NCBI GenBank assembly: GCA_963796965.1
Contig: CAWCNS010000008.1
Location: 128,001-192,000 of the forward strand
DNA length: 64,000 nucleotides
Origin: Calditrichia bacterium
GTDB taxonomy: Bacteria; Calditrichota; Calditrichia; JAJRVZ01
Reading direction: 5' to 3'
This document shows, in pieces, positions 21,050-32,457 of the stretch. Under the pieces are notes generated by a model. The model was not told the origin of the DNA. It made no database searches and saw only the letters and a list, made by a program, of their open reading frames with translations. Numbering within the stretch: the stretch's first letter is position 1; every line of letters begins with the position of its first letter. Position numbers and translations under genes: made by a program.

Positions 21050-24000
21050 TCATTTTATCACCGCAAATTTTCCTATCTTTACATCACCGGTCACCTTCGA
21101 CTCCACATGATAAAGATAATAACCAGCTGCAATTTCCAACCCCTCTTTGCTACGCAGATCCCAATGAACGGTTCCGTTTGCATCCGAATTCAAATCCCAT
21201 GACGTCCCACGATTTTCCAACGAATTATCTACTTCTATCTGATCTATCAATACCCCACTGATAGTAAATATCCTGACCGTACATTGCGCTGGTATATGCG
21301 TAAACATAATCTGACGACGCTGATTGCGATCCCAGTTCGCTACCGCGCTCTCCATCGTATTCGTCACCACATAGGGATTAGGAACCACACGTATCTTTTC
21401 CATCTCTTCGGCTATATTTCCTTCGTCCAAATCGTCTTCCAAGCCTTCTACCGTGAATACCAGTGAATCATTCGTATAAAACGGACGCTCAAAATCAATC
21501 CGATAGGTGTCATTCGCCTGCGGCATGTCCCCCGCATCTACAATATCACGAAAATCTAACGTAAAAAAGGTGTTGCTCCACACATTACCCAGTCGATCCT
21601 CGATCACATCGCCCACCAATACATAATCCGAATCCGCATTAAACATGCCGTTGCCATCAAAATCATAGACAACCATATCCATCAACGGATGATTACCCGT
21701 CGTGTCCGTAAAAGATTTGTTTACGATATAAAAATTAAAACTCTCACCCAGAAGTATATCCTGCCTGGATAAAAAATTACCTTCGTGATCCGTTATGTTC
21801 AAAATCACCTCTGTACGGCTCGTGTACACGGAGTCATCGCTCCAGATGATCTCATAATTCCAGGGAAAATAGCGCCACACATCTCTGAACACGATATCAT
21901 TTCCATTTGGGAGTTGTCTTAAATTAAAATTTACCGGCGAATCACCTACCACCCAACCCGTATTATTTATATCTTTCTCCGCCCAGATATAAGGCGCCTG
22001 ACAGCGTAAACGTAAACCATCAAATACATCCGTAACTACATCCTGTGTAATCGCCAGATGGTGGTATACATAGATCTCATTGTAACTGATAAGATACCTG
22101 ACCGTGTCCAGATTTTGGGCGACATAATTATCTTTCGTCTCCTGGTAAATCAACGAATCCCCAAGCGTAACATCGTAAACTTCTATACCATCGTTTAAAA
22201 ACAAGGCATCATAGGGACTGCGGTAACGTCCGTTCGTTTGGTTATAATCTACAGCGTTTACAGATAATTTTACCTTATAGGTATGACCTTTCTTAACGAC
22301 ATGATTATCGTAGATCTCAGGTATTATCTGATACTTCTGAGCAGCCGCCGTACTTCTTTCACTGTCTATATCTATCCCCGGCGTGTGATAACCGGCCGCT
22401 TTCTGATGCGGTTTAACTATCACTACATTGGGCGATATACGGCGAATGTTCTCATTCTCATCCAATTCAAGTACAAAGGTATTCTCTGAAGGTGGTATAC
22501 CTGTTCCAACGTCCGGTACGCCGTAATCATAGGCCACCAGAACGTAATAATAGGTACGCCCATTCTGAACCGTATTATCAATAAACGAACGGGATAAGCC
22601 GGTGTCATCACCCAGATAATATCCCGTCCCGTTGATTAAACCGAAATCCGTAAAATCAGTCTTGTTATCAATCTTGTCACACTGAAAAATCGGTTGACGC
22701 AGCAATGCACTGCCGTAGCCATCAGTGATTATCATTGGATCGGCCATGAACGGATCGGAGGAACGGTAAAGTTTATAGCCTTCAAAATCATTGGCATTTT
22801 TCACAAATGCATCACGCGTATACTTATCGGATTTATCATCCCAGTAGAGAGCCACTTTACTGTCACCAGGGGTCGCAGTGAGTGTGGGCATCAGCGGTGG
22901 CTGGGCAAAACGGTAATCCGACTCATAAATAAGTTGTACCACTTCCTTTAAGCGGAATAGAGCCGGTGATTTATGGGCAGAAGAATTTAAACCGGCCAGG
23001 GGATCATAGGTATGCAACTCGGACATGGAAATACGTTCGGTTAAACCCTTATGTAAGGGAAACAAACCGGAGGCAAACTGTTGTCTGAAATTGGAAGGTA
23101 CCATATAGGCTTCTTCTATAATTCCACTGGATAAAAATTTAAACATCTTTTCATCCTGTGACATGATTTCTTTACCTGGACCCCAATCATAGTGGTATCG
23201 AAAAGTCGTCAAACCCAACATATCTGTCTCGTTAACATCCGTTAACCCGAAATTCGGCTCCGCTCCCAGACCTTCCAGGAGATCCGGTTTGTGATTACAT
23301 TCCGTGCCATCCACATCTGGACCGCTATAATTCAGATCATAAGGCCCGACCCCATCCAAACCAAGATCATCCCCGGGATCCTCGCCAACATCATATTTGC
23401 CGTTTTCATTGGCATCATCTCCGTCACGCCAATCCTGATCCTCATCCGCATCCCAATGCTCTTTCAAATCTGATTCTTTCAGATTATAGAAATTTAGAAA
23501 ATCACTCAAATTATAAATGCCGTCAGTAGGGCCAACTTTAACTTCAGCAACATTATCACGCATTTCATTTAACAAGCCATCTTGATCATTATCGATATCA
23601 TCATTCGGTATGCCAGGAGTTTCCAAATAGGCGACGCCTAAAACACCTGGCTGTTTTCCGCCACCTAGTGAAAGACCATCCGTATCCCATGCGTAATACA
23701 TATTCAGTTCTTTAACATGGTAGGCTACATCATCAGCACCGTCATATTCCTCTCCTCCAACGCCGATAGCGATATAATAACCAAAAAGAACTTCAGGAAT
23801 ATCATAATCAGATATATTGGCTATCGTATACTCCCAGAATATGGCATCCATAGCAGCAGGATTACTCCACTGAAATCCCCGGACTTCAGTTCGTATACCG
23901 ACACCGCCCCATGGAAGACCCTTCTGAATTGTCACATCCGGTTTCTTTTCTCCGATTAGTACGCCGGGACGGGGATAGTATTTTACAGTATCTTCAGGAC

Positions 24001-24628
24001 CCAGATATTCCTGATCCTGGGCATCATTAACCACAAAATAACTTTCCTGATCGGCCTTCATAACTCCACGCCCAAAACGACCATTCCATTCTCCAGGCCA
24101 TTTCAACTCATCACCCCGCGCCGGCCAACCCAATGGCGGCCAGGAATCCTCCCGGTTACTCATCGCCGGAGTTTCGCTCACTTCATTAAAATAACCAAAA
24201 ACAGGATACATACCCCATTCAATGGTTCCGGTAGGATCTCTATCTATATGTTGGCGAAAACTGCTCTGCATGAAATAAAGCGTGTCACGGATTGCGCTAT
24301 TTTGAGGAGGTATAGAAGGGTCTTCGGCTGGTATGCTATCATTATCTACATAGACCCTCGCGCCAGTGAGCACCGCAACCCCATCGATCATCTTAGTCCC
24401 TTCATAATTGTTGGGCCATTTGGAAACGTCGTACCCCAGGTCACAACAATCCGAAAGTTCAGTTGTATTTCGAAAGAATAGTAAGATACGATTACCAGTC
24501 ATCCAACCAGTTCTTTCTGCTGAAATATCTCCGGCAGGATCATCCGGCCCTTCATAGGGACGTCCCTGGGCAAAAAGGTTTGTAGAGAAGAGGGTGAATA
24601 TTATAATTAAAAGAATAATCTTTTTCAT
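21050..24628 (-). CDS. Large secreted protein paralog P2 (1192 aa, intact)
   Basis: Same architecture as P4; C-terminal ~660 aa nearly identical to P1. Confidence 0.9.
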   Translation of the reverse strand: MKKIILLIIIFTLFSTNLFAQGRPYEGPDDPAGDISAERTGWMTGNRILLFFRNTTELSDCCDLGYDVSKWPNNYEGTKMIDGVAVLTGARVYVDNDSIPAEDPSIPPQNSAIRDTLYFMQSSFRQHIDRDPTGTIEWGMYPVFGYFNEVSETPAMSNREDSWPPLGWPARGDELKWPGEWNGRFGRGVMKADQESYFVVNDAQDQEYLGPEDTVKYYPRPGVLIGEKKPDVTIQKGLPWGGVGIRTEVRGFQWSNPAAMDAIFWEYTIANISDYDIPEVLFGYYIAIGVGGEEYDGADDVAYHVKELNMYYAWDTDGLSLGGGKQPGVLGVAYLETPGIPNDDIDNDQDGLLNEMRDNVAEVKVGPTDGIYNLSDFLNFYNLKESDLKEHWDADEDQDWRDGDDANENGKYDVGEDPGDDLGLDGVGPYDLNYSGPDVDGTECNHKPDLLEGLGAEPNFGLTDVNETDMLGLTTFRYHYDWGPGKEIMSQDEKMFKFLSSGIIEEAYMVPSNFRQQFASGLFPLHKGLTERISMSELHTYDPLAGLNSSAHKSPALFRLKEVVQLIYESDYRFAQPPLMPTLTATPGDSKVALYWDDKSDKYTRDAFVKNANDFEGYKLYRSSDPFMADPMIITDGYGSALLRQPIFQCDKIDNKTDFTDFGLINGTGYYLGDDTGLSRSFIDNTVQNGRTYYYVLVAYDYGVPDVGTGIPPSENTFVLELDENENIRRISPNVVIVKPHQKAAGYHTPGIDIDSERSTAAAQKYQIIPEIYDNHVVKKGHTYKVKLSVNAVDYNQTNGRYRSPYDALFLNDGIEVYDVTLGDSLIYQETKDNYVAQNLDTVRYLISYNEIYVYHHLAITQDVVTDVFDGLRLRCQAPYIWAEKDINNTGWVVGDSPVNFNLRQLPNGNDIVFRDVWRYFPWNYEIIWSDDSVYTSRTEVILNITDHEGNFLSRQDILLGESFNFYIVNKSFTDTTGNHPLMDMVVYDFDGNGMFNADSDYVLVGDVIEDRLGNVWSNTFFTLDFRDIVDAGDMPQANDTYRIDFERPFYTNDSLVFTVEGLEDDLDEGNIAEEMEKIRVVPNPYVVTNTMESAVANWDRNQRRQIMFTHIPAQCTVRIFTISGVLIDQIEVDNSLENRGTSWDLNSDANGTVHWDLRSKEGLEIAAGYYLYHVESKVTGDVKIGKFAVIK

Positions 24629-24645
24629 TTATATTATGCTATATT

Positions 24646-24767
24646 GGTGATAATGGTAATAAGGTAATTAGGTTATTAGGTAATTGGGTAATCAGGTAAT
24701 AAAGGTAAATCCTAATTACCCTGTTACCCTGTTACCCAATTACCCGATTAGTTTCCTAACCACCTAA
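24646..24767. repeat. Empty inverted 8-mer array, close copy of 20926-21049
   Basis: ggtaattaggttattaggtaattgggtaatc ... cctaattaccctgttaccctgttacccaattaccc...gtttcctaaccacctaa. Confidence 0.9.
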
Positions 24768-27700
24768 TCATTTTATCACCGCAAATTTACCTATCTTTAC
24801 ATCACCGGTCACCTTCGACTCCACATGATAAAGATAATAACCAGCTGCAATTTCCAGCCCCTCTTTGCTACGCAGATCCCAATGAACGGTTCCGTTTGCA
24901 TCCGAATTCAAATCCCATGACGTCCCACGATTTTCCAACGAATTATCTACTTCTATCTGATCTATCAATACCCCGCTGATAGTAAATATCCTGACCGTAC
25001 ATTGCGCTGGTATATGCGTAAACATAATCTGACGACGCTGATTGCGATCCCAGTTCGCTACCGCGCTCTCCATCGTATTCGTCACCACATAGGGATTAGG
25101 AACCACACGTATCTTTTCCATCTCTTCGGCTATATTTCCTTCGTCCAAATCGTCTTCCAAGCCTTCTACCGTGAATACCAGTGAATCATTCATATAAAAC
25201 GGACGCTCAAAATCAATCCGATAGGTGTCATTCGCCTGCGGCATGTCCCCCGCATCTACAATATCACGAAAATCTAACGTAAAAAAGGTGTTGCTCCACA
25301 CATTACCCAATCGATCCTCGATCACATCGCCCACCAATACGTAATCCGAATCCGCATTAAACATGCCGTTGCCATCAAAATCATAGACAACCATATCCAT
25401 CAACGGATGATTACCCGTCGTGTCCGTAAAAGATTTGTTTACGATATAAAAATTAAAACTCTCACCCAGAAGTATATCCTGCCTGGATAAAAAATTACCT
25501 TCGTGATCCGTTATGTTCAAAATCACCTCTGTACGGCTCGTGTACACGGAGTCATCGCTCCAGATGATCTCATAATTCCAGGGAAAATAGCGCCACACAT
25601 CTCTGAACACGATATCATTTCCATTTGGGAGTTGTCTTAAATTAAAATTTACCGGCGAATCACCTACCACCCAACCCGTATTATTTATATCTTTCTCCGC
25701 CCAGATATAAGGCGCCTGACAGCGTAAACGTAAACCATCAAATACATCCGTAACTACATCCTGTGTAATCGCCAGATGGTGGTATACATAGATCTCATTG
25801 TAACTGATAAGATACCTGACCGTGTCCAGATTTTGGGCGACATAATTATCTTTCGTCTCCTGGTAAATCAACGAATCCCCAAGCGTAACATCGTAAACTT
25901 CTATACCATCGTTTAAAAACAAGGCATCATAGGGACTGCGGTAACGTCCGTTCGTTTGGTTATAATCTACAGCGTTTACAGATAATTTTACCTTATAGGT
26001 ATGACCTTTCTTAACGACATGATTATCGTAGATCTCAGGTATTATCTGATACTTCTGAGCAGCCGCCGTACTTCTTTCACTGTCTATATCTATCCCTGGC
26101 GTGTGATAACCGGCCGCTTTCTGATGCGGTTTAACGATCACTACATTGGGCGATATACGGCGAATGTTCTCATTCTCATCCAATTCAAGTACAAAGGTAT
26201 TCTCTGAAGGTGGTATACCTGTTCCAACGTCCGGTACGCCGTAATCATAGGCCACCAGAACGTAATAATACGTACGCCCATTCTGAACCGTATTATCTAT
26301 AAACGAACGGGATAAGCCGGTGTCATCACCCAGATAATATCCTGTCCCGTTGATTAAACCGAAATCCGTAAAATCAGTCTTGTTATCAATCTTGTCACAC
26401 TGAAAAATCGGTTGACGCAGCAATGCACTGCCGTAGCCATCAGTGATTATCATTGGATCGGCCATGAACGGATCGGAGGAACGGTAAAGTTTATAGCCTT
26501 CAAAATCATTGGCATTTTTCACAAATGCATCACGCGTAAACTTATCGGATTTATCATCCCAGTAGAGAGCCACTTTACTGTCACCAGGGGTCGCAGTGAG
26601 TGTGGGCATCAGCGGTGGCTGGGCAAAACGGTAATCCGACTCATAAATAAGTTGTACCACTTCCTTTAAGCGGAATAGAGCCGGTGATTTATGGGCAGAA
26701 GAATTTAAACCGGCCAGGGGATCATAGGCATGCAACTCGGACATGGAAATACGTTCGGTTAAACCCTTATGTAAGGGAAACAAACCGGAGGCAAACTCCT
26801 CCAGATAATTTGTTTGAGTCGGTTGCAATTCATCGAAAATTCCCGGCAGGAGAAATTTAAAGGTGAGTTCATCGGCAGAGGGATTACCCGCGCGACCTTC
26901 ACCCCAATTCATACAGTAGCGAAAAGTTGTGAGACCTAGCATATCGGACTCGTTAACATCCGTTAATCCGAAATTAGGCTCCGCTCCCAAACCTTCCAGA
27001 AGATCCGGTTTATGATTACATTCCGTGCCATCCGCATCTGGACCGCTATAATTCAGATCATAAGGCCCGACCCCATCCAAACCAAGATCATCCCCGGGAT
27101 CCTCGCCAACATCATATTTGCCGTTTTCATTGGCATCATTTCCGTCACGCCAATCCTGATCCTCATCAGCATCCCAATGCTCTTTCAAATCTGATTCTTT
27201 CAGATTATAGAAATTTAGAAAATCACTCAAATTATAAATGCCGTCAGTAGGGCCAACTTTAACTTCAGCAACATTATCACGCATTTCATTTAACAAGCCA
27301 TCTTGATCATTATCGATATCATCATTGGGAATACCCGGGCTTTCCAGATAAGCAACACCAAGGACACCTGGCACTTTTCCGCCGCCAAGCGGTATTCCAT
27401 CCGTATCCCAGGAATAACATAGATTTAATTGCTTATTAAAATAAGAATTATCATCAGCGCCATCGTATTCTTCTCCGCCAACCGCGTTGTCCAGAAGGAG
27501 GCCAAAAGATATCTCCGGTAAATCATGATCTGAAATATTGGCGATGGTATACTCAAAGAAGATGGCATCCATGGCCGACGGATTACTCCACTGAAAACCA
27601 CGTACTTCAGCACGGATACCAATTCCACCCCAGGGTTTTCCCTTCTGAATAGTCACGTCTGGTTTTTTATCACCAATTCTGACATCAGACAGAATTTCAT

Positions 27701-28376
27701 CATTATCATCATAGACTCTTCTTGGAAAATATTTAACATTATCTTCTGGGCCCAAATATTCCAGGTCATGGGCATCATTAGCGACAAAATAACTTTCCTG
27801 ATCGGCCTTCATAACTCCACGGCCAAAACGGCCATTCCATTCTCCAGGCCATTTTAACACCTCACCCCGGGCCGGCCAGCCCAATGGCGGCCAGGAATCC
27901 TCGCGATTACTCATTGCCGGGGTTTCACTCATTTCATTAAAATAACCGAAAACGGGATAAAAACCCCATTCGATGGTTCCTGTAGGATCTCTTTCCATCA
28001 TAACCCGGTAACTTGCCTGTATGTAATACAAGGTATCAAGATCAGTACTGCCATTTATATCATTGATATCAGTGACAGGTATGGAATCGTTTTTAATATG
28101 GACCCGTGCGCCAATGAGCAGTGAATATCCATCATGGCTTTTTGAACCTTCATAATTATTTGGCCACTTCGCCACATCATATCCTAAATCACAGCAATCA
28201 CCTAATTCAGTTGTATTTCGGAACATTAGCAATACACGGTTACCAACCATCCAACCACTACGTTCTGCAGCAATATCTGATGCCGGATCATCCGGTCCTT
28301 CATAGGGGCGGCTCTGGGCAAAAAGATTTGTAGAGAAAAGTGTACATAAAAGAATTAATAGAATAATCTTTGTCAT
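24768..28376 (-). CDS. Large secreted protein paralog P1 (1202 aa, intact)
   Basis: Same architecture as P4; first gene after the PorV-family gene. Confidence 0.9.
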   Translation of the reverse strand: MTKIILLILLCTLFSTNLFAQSRPYEGPDDPASDIAAERSGWMVGNRVLLMFRNTTELGDCCDLGYDVAKWPNNYEGSKSHDGYSLLIGARVHIKNDSIPVTDINDINGSTDLDTLYYIQASYRVMMERDPTGTIEWGFYPVFGYFNEMSETPAMSNREDSWPPLGWPARGEVLKWPGEWNGRFGRGVMKADQESYFVANDAHDLEYLGPEDNVKYFPRRVYDDNDEILSDVRIGDKKPDVTIQKGKPWGGIGIRAEVRGFQWSNPSAMDAIFFEYTIANISDHDLPEISFGLLLDNAVGGEEYDGADDNSYFNKQLNLCYSWDTDGIPLGGGKVPGVLGVAYLESPGIPNDDIDNDQDGLLNEMRDNVAEVKVGPTDGIYNLSDFLNFYNLKESDLKEHWDADEDQDWRDGNDANENGKYDVGEDPGDDLGLDGVGPYDLNYSGPDADGTECNHKPDLLEGLGAEPNFGLTDVNESDMLGLTTFRYCMNWGEGRAGNPSADELTFKFLLPGIFDELQPTQTNYLEEFASGLFPLHKGLTERISMSELHAYDPLAGLNSSAHKSPALFRLKEVVQLIYESDYRFAQPPLMPTLTATPGDSKVALYWDDKSDKFTRDAFVKNANDFEGYKLYRSSDPFMADPMIITDGYGSALLRQPIFQCDKIDNKTDFTDFGLINGTGYYLGDDTGLSRSFIDNTVQNGRTYYYVLVAYDYGVPDVGTGIPPSENTFVLELDENENIRRISPNVVIVKPHQKAAGYHTPGIDIDSERSTAAAQKYQIIPEIYDNHVVKKGHTYKVKLSVNAVDYNQTNGRYRSPYDALFLNDGIEVYDVTLGDSLIYQETKDNYVAQNLDTVRYLISYNEIYVYHHLAITQDVVTDVFDGLRLRCQAPYIWAEKDINNTGWVVGDSPVNFNLRQLPNGNDIVFRDVWRYFPWNYEIIWSDDSVYTSRTEVILNITDHEGNFLSRQDILLGESFNFYIVNKSFTDTTGNHPLMDMVVYDFDGNGMFNADSDYVLVGDVIEDRLGNVWSNTFFTLDFRDIVDAGDMPQANDTYRIDFERPFYMNDSLVFTVEGLEDDLDEGNIAEEMEKIRVVPNPYVVTNTMESAVANWDRNQRRQIMFTHIPAQCTVRIFTISGVLIDQIEVDNSLENRGTSWDLNSDANGTVHWDLRSKEGLEIAAGYYLYHVESKVTGDVKIGKFAVIK

Positions 28377-28400
28377 TTTTTCCCTCTATATTCGTATAAA

Positions 28401-28525
28401 GGTAATTGGTTTAAAGGGTAATAAGGAAATTAGGTAATTGGGTAATTGGGTGATTAGGTAATCAGGTGATACTTTTTGTTACCCAGTTACCTTATTACCT
28501 AATCACCCAATTACCTATCAACCCA
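28401..28525. repeat. Empty inverted 8-mer array between the PorV-family gene and P1
   Basis: ggtaattgggtaattgggtgattaggtaatcaggtgat ... ttacccagttaccttattacctaatcacccaattacc. Confidence 0.9.
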
Positions 28526-29593
28526 TTAAAAAGCAAGGCTCAGTGTATAGGCATGCCAGTTTCCCAGTACACCGATGTTGCGATACGCATAATCAATTTT
28601 CAGGGCATTATTATTCATATAATAGAATAACAATCCAAAGCCAAAAGTCTCACCGAACTCAGAATTAACCATCTGTATGCCTTTATAACCGCCTCTCAGG
28701 AAGAGTGCTCCAAAACCAGGTAAAGTAAATGCATATTCACCACCGATATTTATATGTTCACTATTATTATTAGGATGCAAGGCATCAACAGCCAGGGTCA
28801 CACGATGACGCGCTGTATATATTGGGTGGGCGGAAACTCCAATTCTAAATATTAAGGGAAGTTCCCATTCCTGTGTTTCAAACCGTGCTGGAACATAGGC
28901 AAAATTACCAGCTTCATCAGGTTGTTCATCAATGGGACGTTTTAAATCCATCCCGTTGTACTGCATTCTGGTCCCATAATTTGATATACTCATACCAATT
29001 GATAAACCACCGTCCGCATCACCGGTCCATGAGAGAAACGAGGTAGAAACAATCGCTCCCAGATCTATAGCAAAGGCACTGGCGCTTTCATGCCATATCC
29101 GGGAAGTGATATATTTTGCTGTGGCGCCAAAGGAAAAAAATTGTGCAATTTTCCTTCCATAGGACAAACTAAAACTATAATCTAACCCATCAAACTTCTC
29201 ACCCGTTCCCTCCTGCATCAACATGGAAGTTACTTCTTCTTCTCCATAACCCACGTATATTAATCCAACTCCAAAGGTGCCGATTCCCGGAACATGATAA
29301 CCAAAACCAAGATAGGATGTGTTGATGTCTGCCAGCCATGGCTGGTACATTCCCTGGAACTCGTTATTTTCCATATGACCCAATCCAGCTGGATTCCAAT
29401 ATATAGCAGATATATCCGTTGCTAAGCTAACATAAGCGTCACCCATGGCAATTCCTCTGCTACCATAGCCAATCTCTAAGAAATTTGCAGTCGTCGTCCC
29501 CGCTCTGTAGGGCTCCTGAGCCTGAACCGCGGAAAAACTCAAACAGACAAACAATCCAATGAAAATTGTGATTGTTTCTTTACTTCTTTTCAT
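28526..29593 (-). CDS. PorV/PorQ-family outer-membrane beta-barrel protein
   Basis: FLEIGYGSRGIAMGDAY...D..AIYWNPAGL is the PorV/FadL-like N-terminal signature; ends in Phe; likely start at 29593 (AAGGAG upstream) rather than 29635. Confidence 0.85.
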   Translation of the reverse strand: MKRSKETITIFIGLFVCLSFSAVQAQEPYRAGTTTANFLEIGYGSRGIAMGDAYVSLATDISAIYWNPAGLGHMENNEFQGMYQPWLADINTSYLGFGYHVPGIGTFGVGLIYVGYGEEEVTSMLMQEGTGEKFDGLDYSFSLSYGRKIAQFFSFGATAKYITSRIWHESASAFAIDLGAIVSTSFLSWTGDADGGLSIGMSISNYGTRMQYNGMDLKRPIDEQPDEAGNFAYVPARFETQEWELPLIFRIGVSAHPIYTARHRVTLAVDALHPNNNSEHINIGGEYAFTLPGFGALFLRGGYKGIQMVNSEFGETFGFGLLFYYMNNNALKIDYAYRNIGVLGNWHAYTLSLAF

Positions 29594-29634
29594 GATAAAC
29601 TCCTTCATGATATTGTTGAGCAGTCTTTTTTTCA

Positions 29635-32457
29635 TTAGAATATAAATCCCAACCCAAATTTAACCTCTCGCGGAGGAGCAAACATATACGGATTTTGGAC
29701 CGAATCGTAAATGTCATTATAATTACTGCGAAAAGTTGCTTCAGCGGTCGGATATATGATCGCCGTATAAGCCCTACCCGTGTTTGAGTTTACAAAAAGC
29801 TCATTTTTCCGATCCAGCAAATTGTATATTGACAAATAAAGCCTAAGGCTGTTTGACTGACCAAGTCTGAAGTCATAATGTCCCTTAAAGTCTACGGTAT
29901 AGGTATTAGGTCGTTCCGAATTATTAGGATATAAGGTTTGTTTTGCTAAGGGACTTACAGATACAGGTGTAAACGTGAAGGGTTGGCCAGAATTAACATA
30001 CCCTGTCAGCGTTAATCCGAAATTTTGTTTCGAATACATGATACTGAGATTTGCCGTATGTCTCTGATCCCAATTCAGTGGAACAAGATACGGGATAGGA
30101 TCCAAACTTTGACCTTCACGAGAATAGGTTGATGTTGGATTGTCCGCATTACCCCGGGTATACTGGAGCGTATAATTGAGAAAGAAAGCAAAAGGACCGG
30201 TATTATAGTCAAATTTCAACTCAAAGCCTTTAGCATTTCCATAATCTTTATTGCTATATACACCATACCTTATTTGGTTATAGGTCGTATAGACGACCGC
30301 GCTAAGCAAATCATAAATATCTTTATAATAAACAGATACCTCTACACCCATCCTTGGCATGACTTCCAGCCATACACCCATTTCGTACTGTACGGTCTTC
30401 TCTGCTTTAATTTCAGGATTACCGTGAACAATTCCAAAATCATTAGGCGGGACCATATTCCTATAGTTGCTATATATTGCGTAAAGCGGTGGTGTCTGGA
30501 AAAAATGCCCATAGCTGAAGTGCAATACAGCCGCCTTCCCCACCGTATAGGCGAGACCAAAGCGGGGGCTAAATTTGACCTGGGGTTCTGCGTCTGGGTA
30601 GCTAGACATTCGTTCCATATCTAATATTGGCTGTCCGTTGTCGTCATATAATATATTTCCGTCTTGATCTTTTTCATAAAAATTTAATTGATTAGCTGGA
30701 TTTCTGCGTTGTGAAGGATAGGTCGTATTGGGATCAAAATAGTCCAGACGTGCGCCAAGATTGATCACCATATCAGCAAATTCCATTTTATCCTGTATAT
30801 AACCAGAAATCTCATAAGGTTCTTTTGTATAGACGTCCATTGCTATCGAAGAGTCTGGTACAAATTCAGCCTGATAGGGGTAGAATTCAATCTTTTCTTT
30901 CTCAGAATCATATTCATAAAAATGGGCCAGAGGTGAACCTCTTAGCGCATTTTGAATATAGGTTGGCTCGTTGTGCAAACGATGCCCTGTGGCCAGAATA
31001 CCCGTTTTAAGGAAGTTAGATTTGTCTAACTGCCAGGAAAAATCGTACTTTACATTCAAAGTTTGCAATGTACGTTTGTTGTGACCAAAATCCTGTCCAC
31101 CGGAACTAAAACCTCCTGCACCGCTAGAATAACCGCGATGAACGTAACGTGAATCCATAGGATCTTCATATAAATAGAATTCATTTTTATTGTCCGAATA
31201 GGATACTTTAAAGTCATGAAAGATGTTATTCGATATAAGATGGTTTAGTTGAAAAACTGCCATTGCCGTTTCATCATAAGTTGACGCTCTACCGTCGGGT
31301 TTATATTTATATCCATGTCCGGTTGTTGGTCTCTCGTCGTAATTCCAGGTACCCATCAGGGACATTTTCAGATCTGAGGCTAACTGGAAACTTAATTTGC
31401 CCATGAAAGAATATTGTTCGATGGTATTTATCGGTACATAGGCGTTATCACCCGTATGTTCTGAATAATATCGAACGCCATCGATGTCAGCATCCCAGGG
31501 TGTGTTTTCCTCAAATGTATTTGGTGTTGTAAAGTCTGTATAATCATCAACATTAAACCGCCTGATGGCATTAATCCATCCCAGTTGCTTTTGATAACGA
31601 AAATTTGTGAAGAAGGTAATATTATCGTCCCAAATGGGGCCTTCTAATTGAAGTTTAACATCCTCATTTCTAACATCGAAATCATCCAATCCAATCCATA
31701 CATCTTTATTTGATGTGACATAATTTGATATATAACCGATGGCGGATCCATGAAATTCTTTTCGTCCATTTTTGGTTACCACATTTACAATACCACTCAT
31801 AGCCCGGCCGTACTCTGCATTAAATGTACCAGTAATTACTTCAAGATCCTGCGCCACCTCCGGTTCAATTTGTACGAGTTTATTTTCGCCCCTAAAGGCT
31901 TCATCCACCTGCATACCATCTATAAGATAGGATACCTCAGAGAGTCTCCCACCTCTGAAGTGGCCGTCGACAACACCGGTCTGCATTTCGATCACCTGAT
32001 TCAGATTCTCTACTGGTAAAGCCTGGATCTGTTCTGAAGAAACATTTGACATTGAACTGGTTTGATCCTTTTTTACTGCAATTTTATCGGCAAAAACTTC
32101 AATCGTTTCTCCTTCCAATACAGCCTCAGTCATCGAGATAACAATATTTGCGGTACGGTTTACAGATACGACCACATCCGATACTTTTACTGAATTGAAT
32201 CCGACCATTTGGGCTTCGACGACATGCCTTCCGGGTGGAACATTCAGAATATGAAATTCACCCACCTCATCGGATGCCGCACCCAGGGGTTTGTCCACGA
32301 CAAAAATGTTTACACCTGCCAGAGGCTCACCCGTTGAAGCATCTTCCACATATCCTCTAATTTTGCCCGTGGTTTGTGCCAGCAAATCATGATTATAAAG
32401 GAAAATACAGATGATTAATAAGAACCACACGACTGCTCTTGGCTTTGAATACTCCAT
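29635..32457 (-). CDS. TonB-dependent receptor, paralog of 1677-4409
   Basis: GEPLAGVNI, HFRGGR, GTFNAEYGRAMSGIVN, ends FGLGFIF; start at 32457 supported by AGGAGGT. Confidence 0.9.
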   Translation of the reverse strand: MEYSKPRAVVWFLLIICIFLYNHDLLAQTTGKIRGYVEDASTGEPLAGVNIFVVDKPLGAASDEVGEFHILNVPPGRHVVEAQMVGFNSVKVSDVVVSVNRTANIVISMTEAVLEGETIEVFADKIAVKKDQTSSMSNVSSEQIQALPVENLNQVIEMQTGVVDGHFRGGRLSEVSYLIDGMQVDEAFRGENKLVQIEPEVAQDLEVITGTFNAEYGRAMSGIVNVVTKNGRKEFHGSAIGYISNYVTSNKDVWIGLDDFDVRNEDVKLQLEGPIWDDNITFFTNFRYQKQLGWINAIRRFNVDDYTDFTTPNTFEENTPWDADIDGVRYYSEHTGDNAYVPINTIEQYSFMGKLSFQLASDLKMSLMGTWNYDERPTTGHGYKYKPDGRASTYDETAMAVFQLNHLISNNIFHDFKVSYSDNKNEFYLYEDPMDSRYVHRGYSSGAGGFSSGGQDFGHNKRTLQTLNVKYDFSWQLDKSNFLKTGILATGHRLHNEPTYIQNALRGSPLAHFYEYDSEKEKIEFYPYQAEFVPDSSIAMDVYTKEPYEISGYIQDKMEFADMVINLGARLDYFDPNTTYPSQRRNPANQLNFYEKDQDGNILYDDNGQPILDMERMSSYPDAEPQVKFSPRFGLAYTVGKAAVLHFSYGHFFQTPPLYAIYSNYRNMVPPNDFGIVHGNPEIKAEKTVQYEMGVWLEVMPRMGVEVSVYYKDIYDLLSAVVYTTYNQIRYGVYSNKDYGNAKGFELKFDYNTGPFAFFLNYTLQYTRGNADNPTSTYSREGQSLDPIPYLVPLNWDQRHTANLSIMYSKQNFGLTLTGYVNSGQPFTFTPVSVSPLAKQTLYPNNSERPNTYTVDFKGHYDFRLGQSNSLRLYLSIYNLLDRKNELFVNSNTGRAYTAIIYPTAEATFRSNYNDIYDSVQNPYMFAPPREVKFGLGFIF

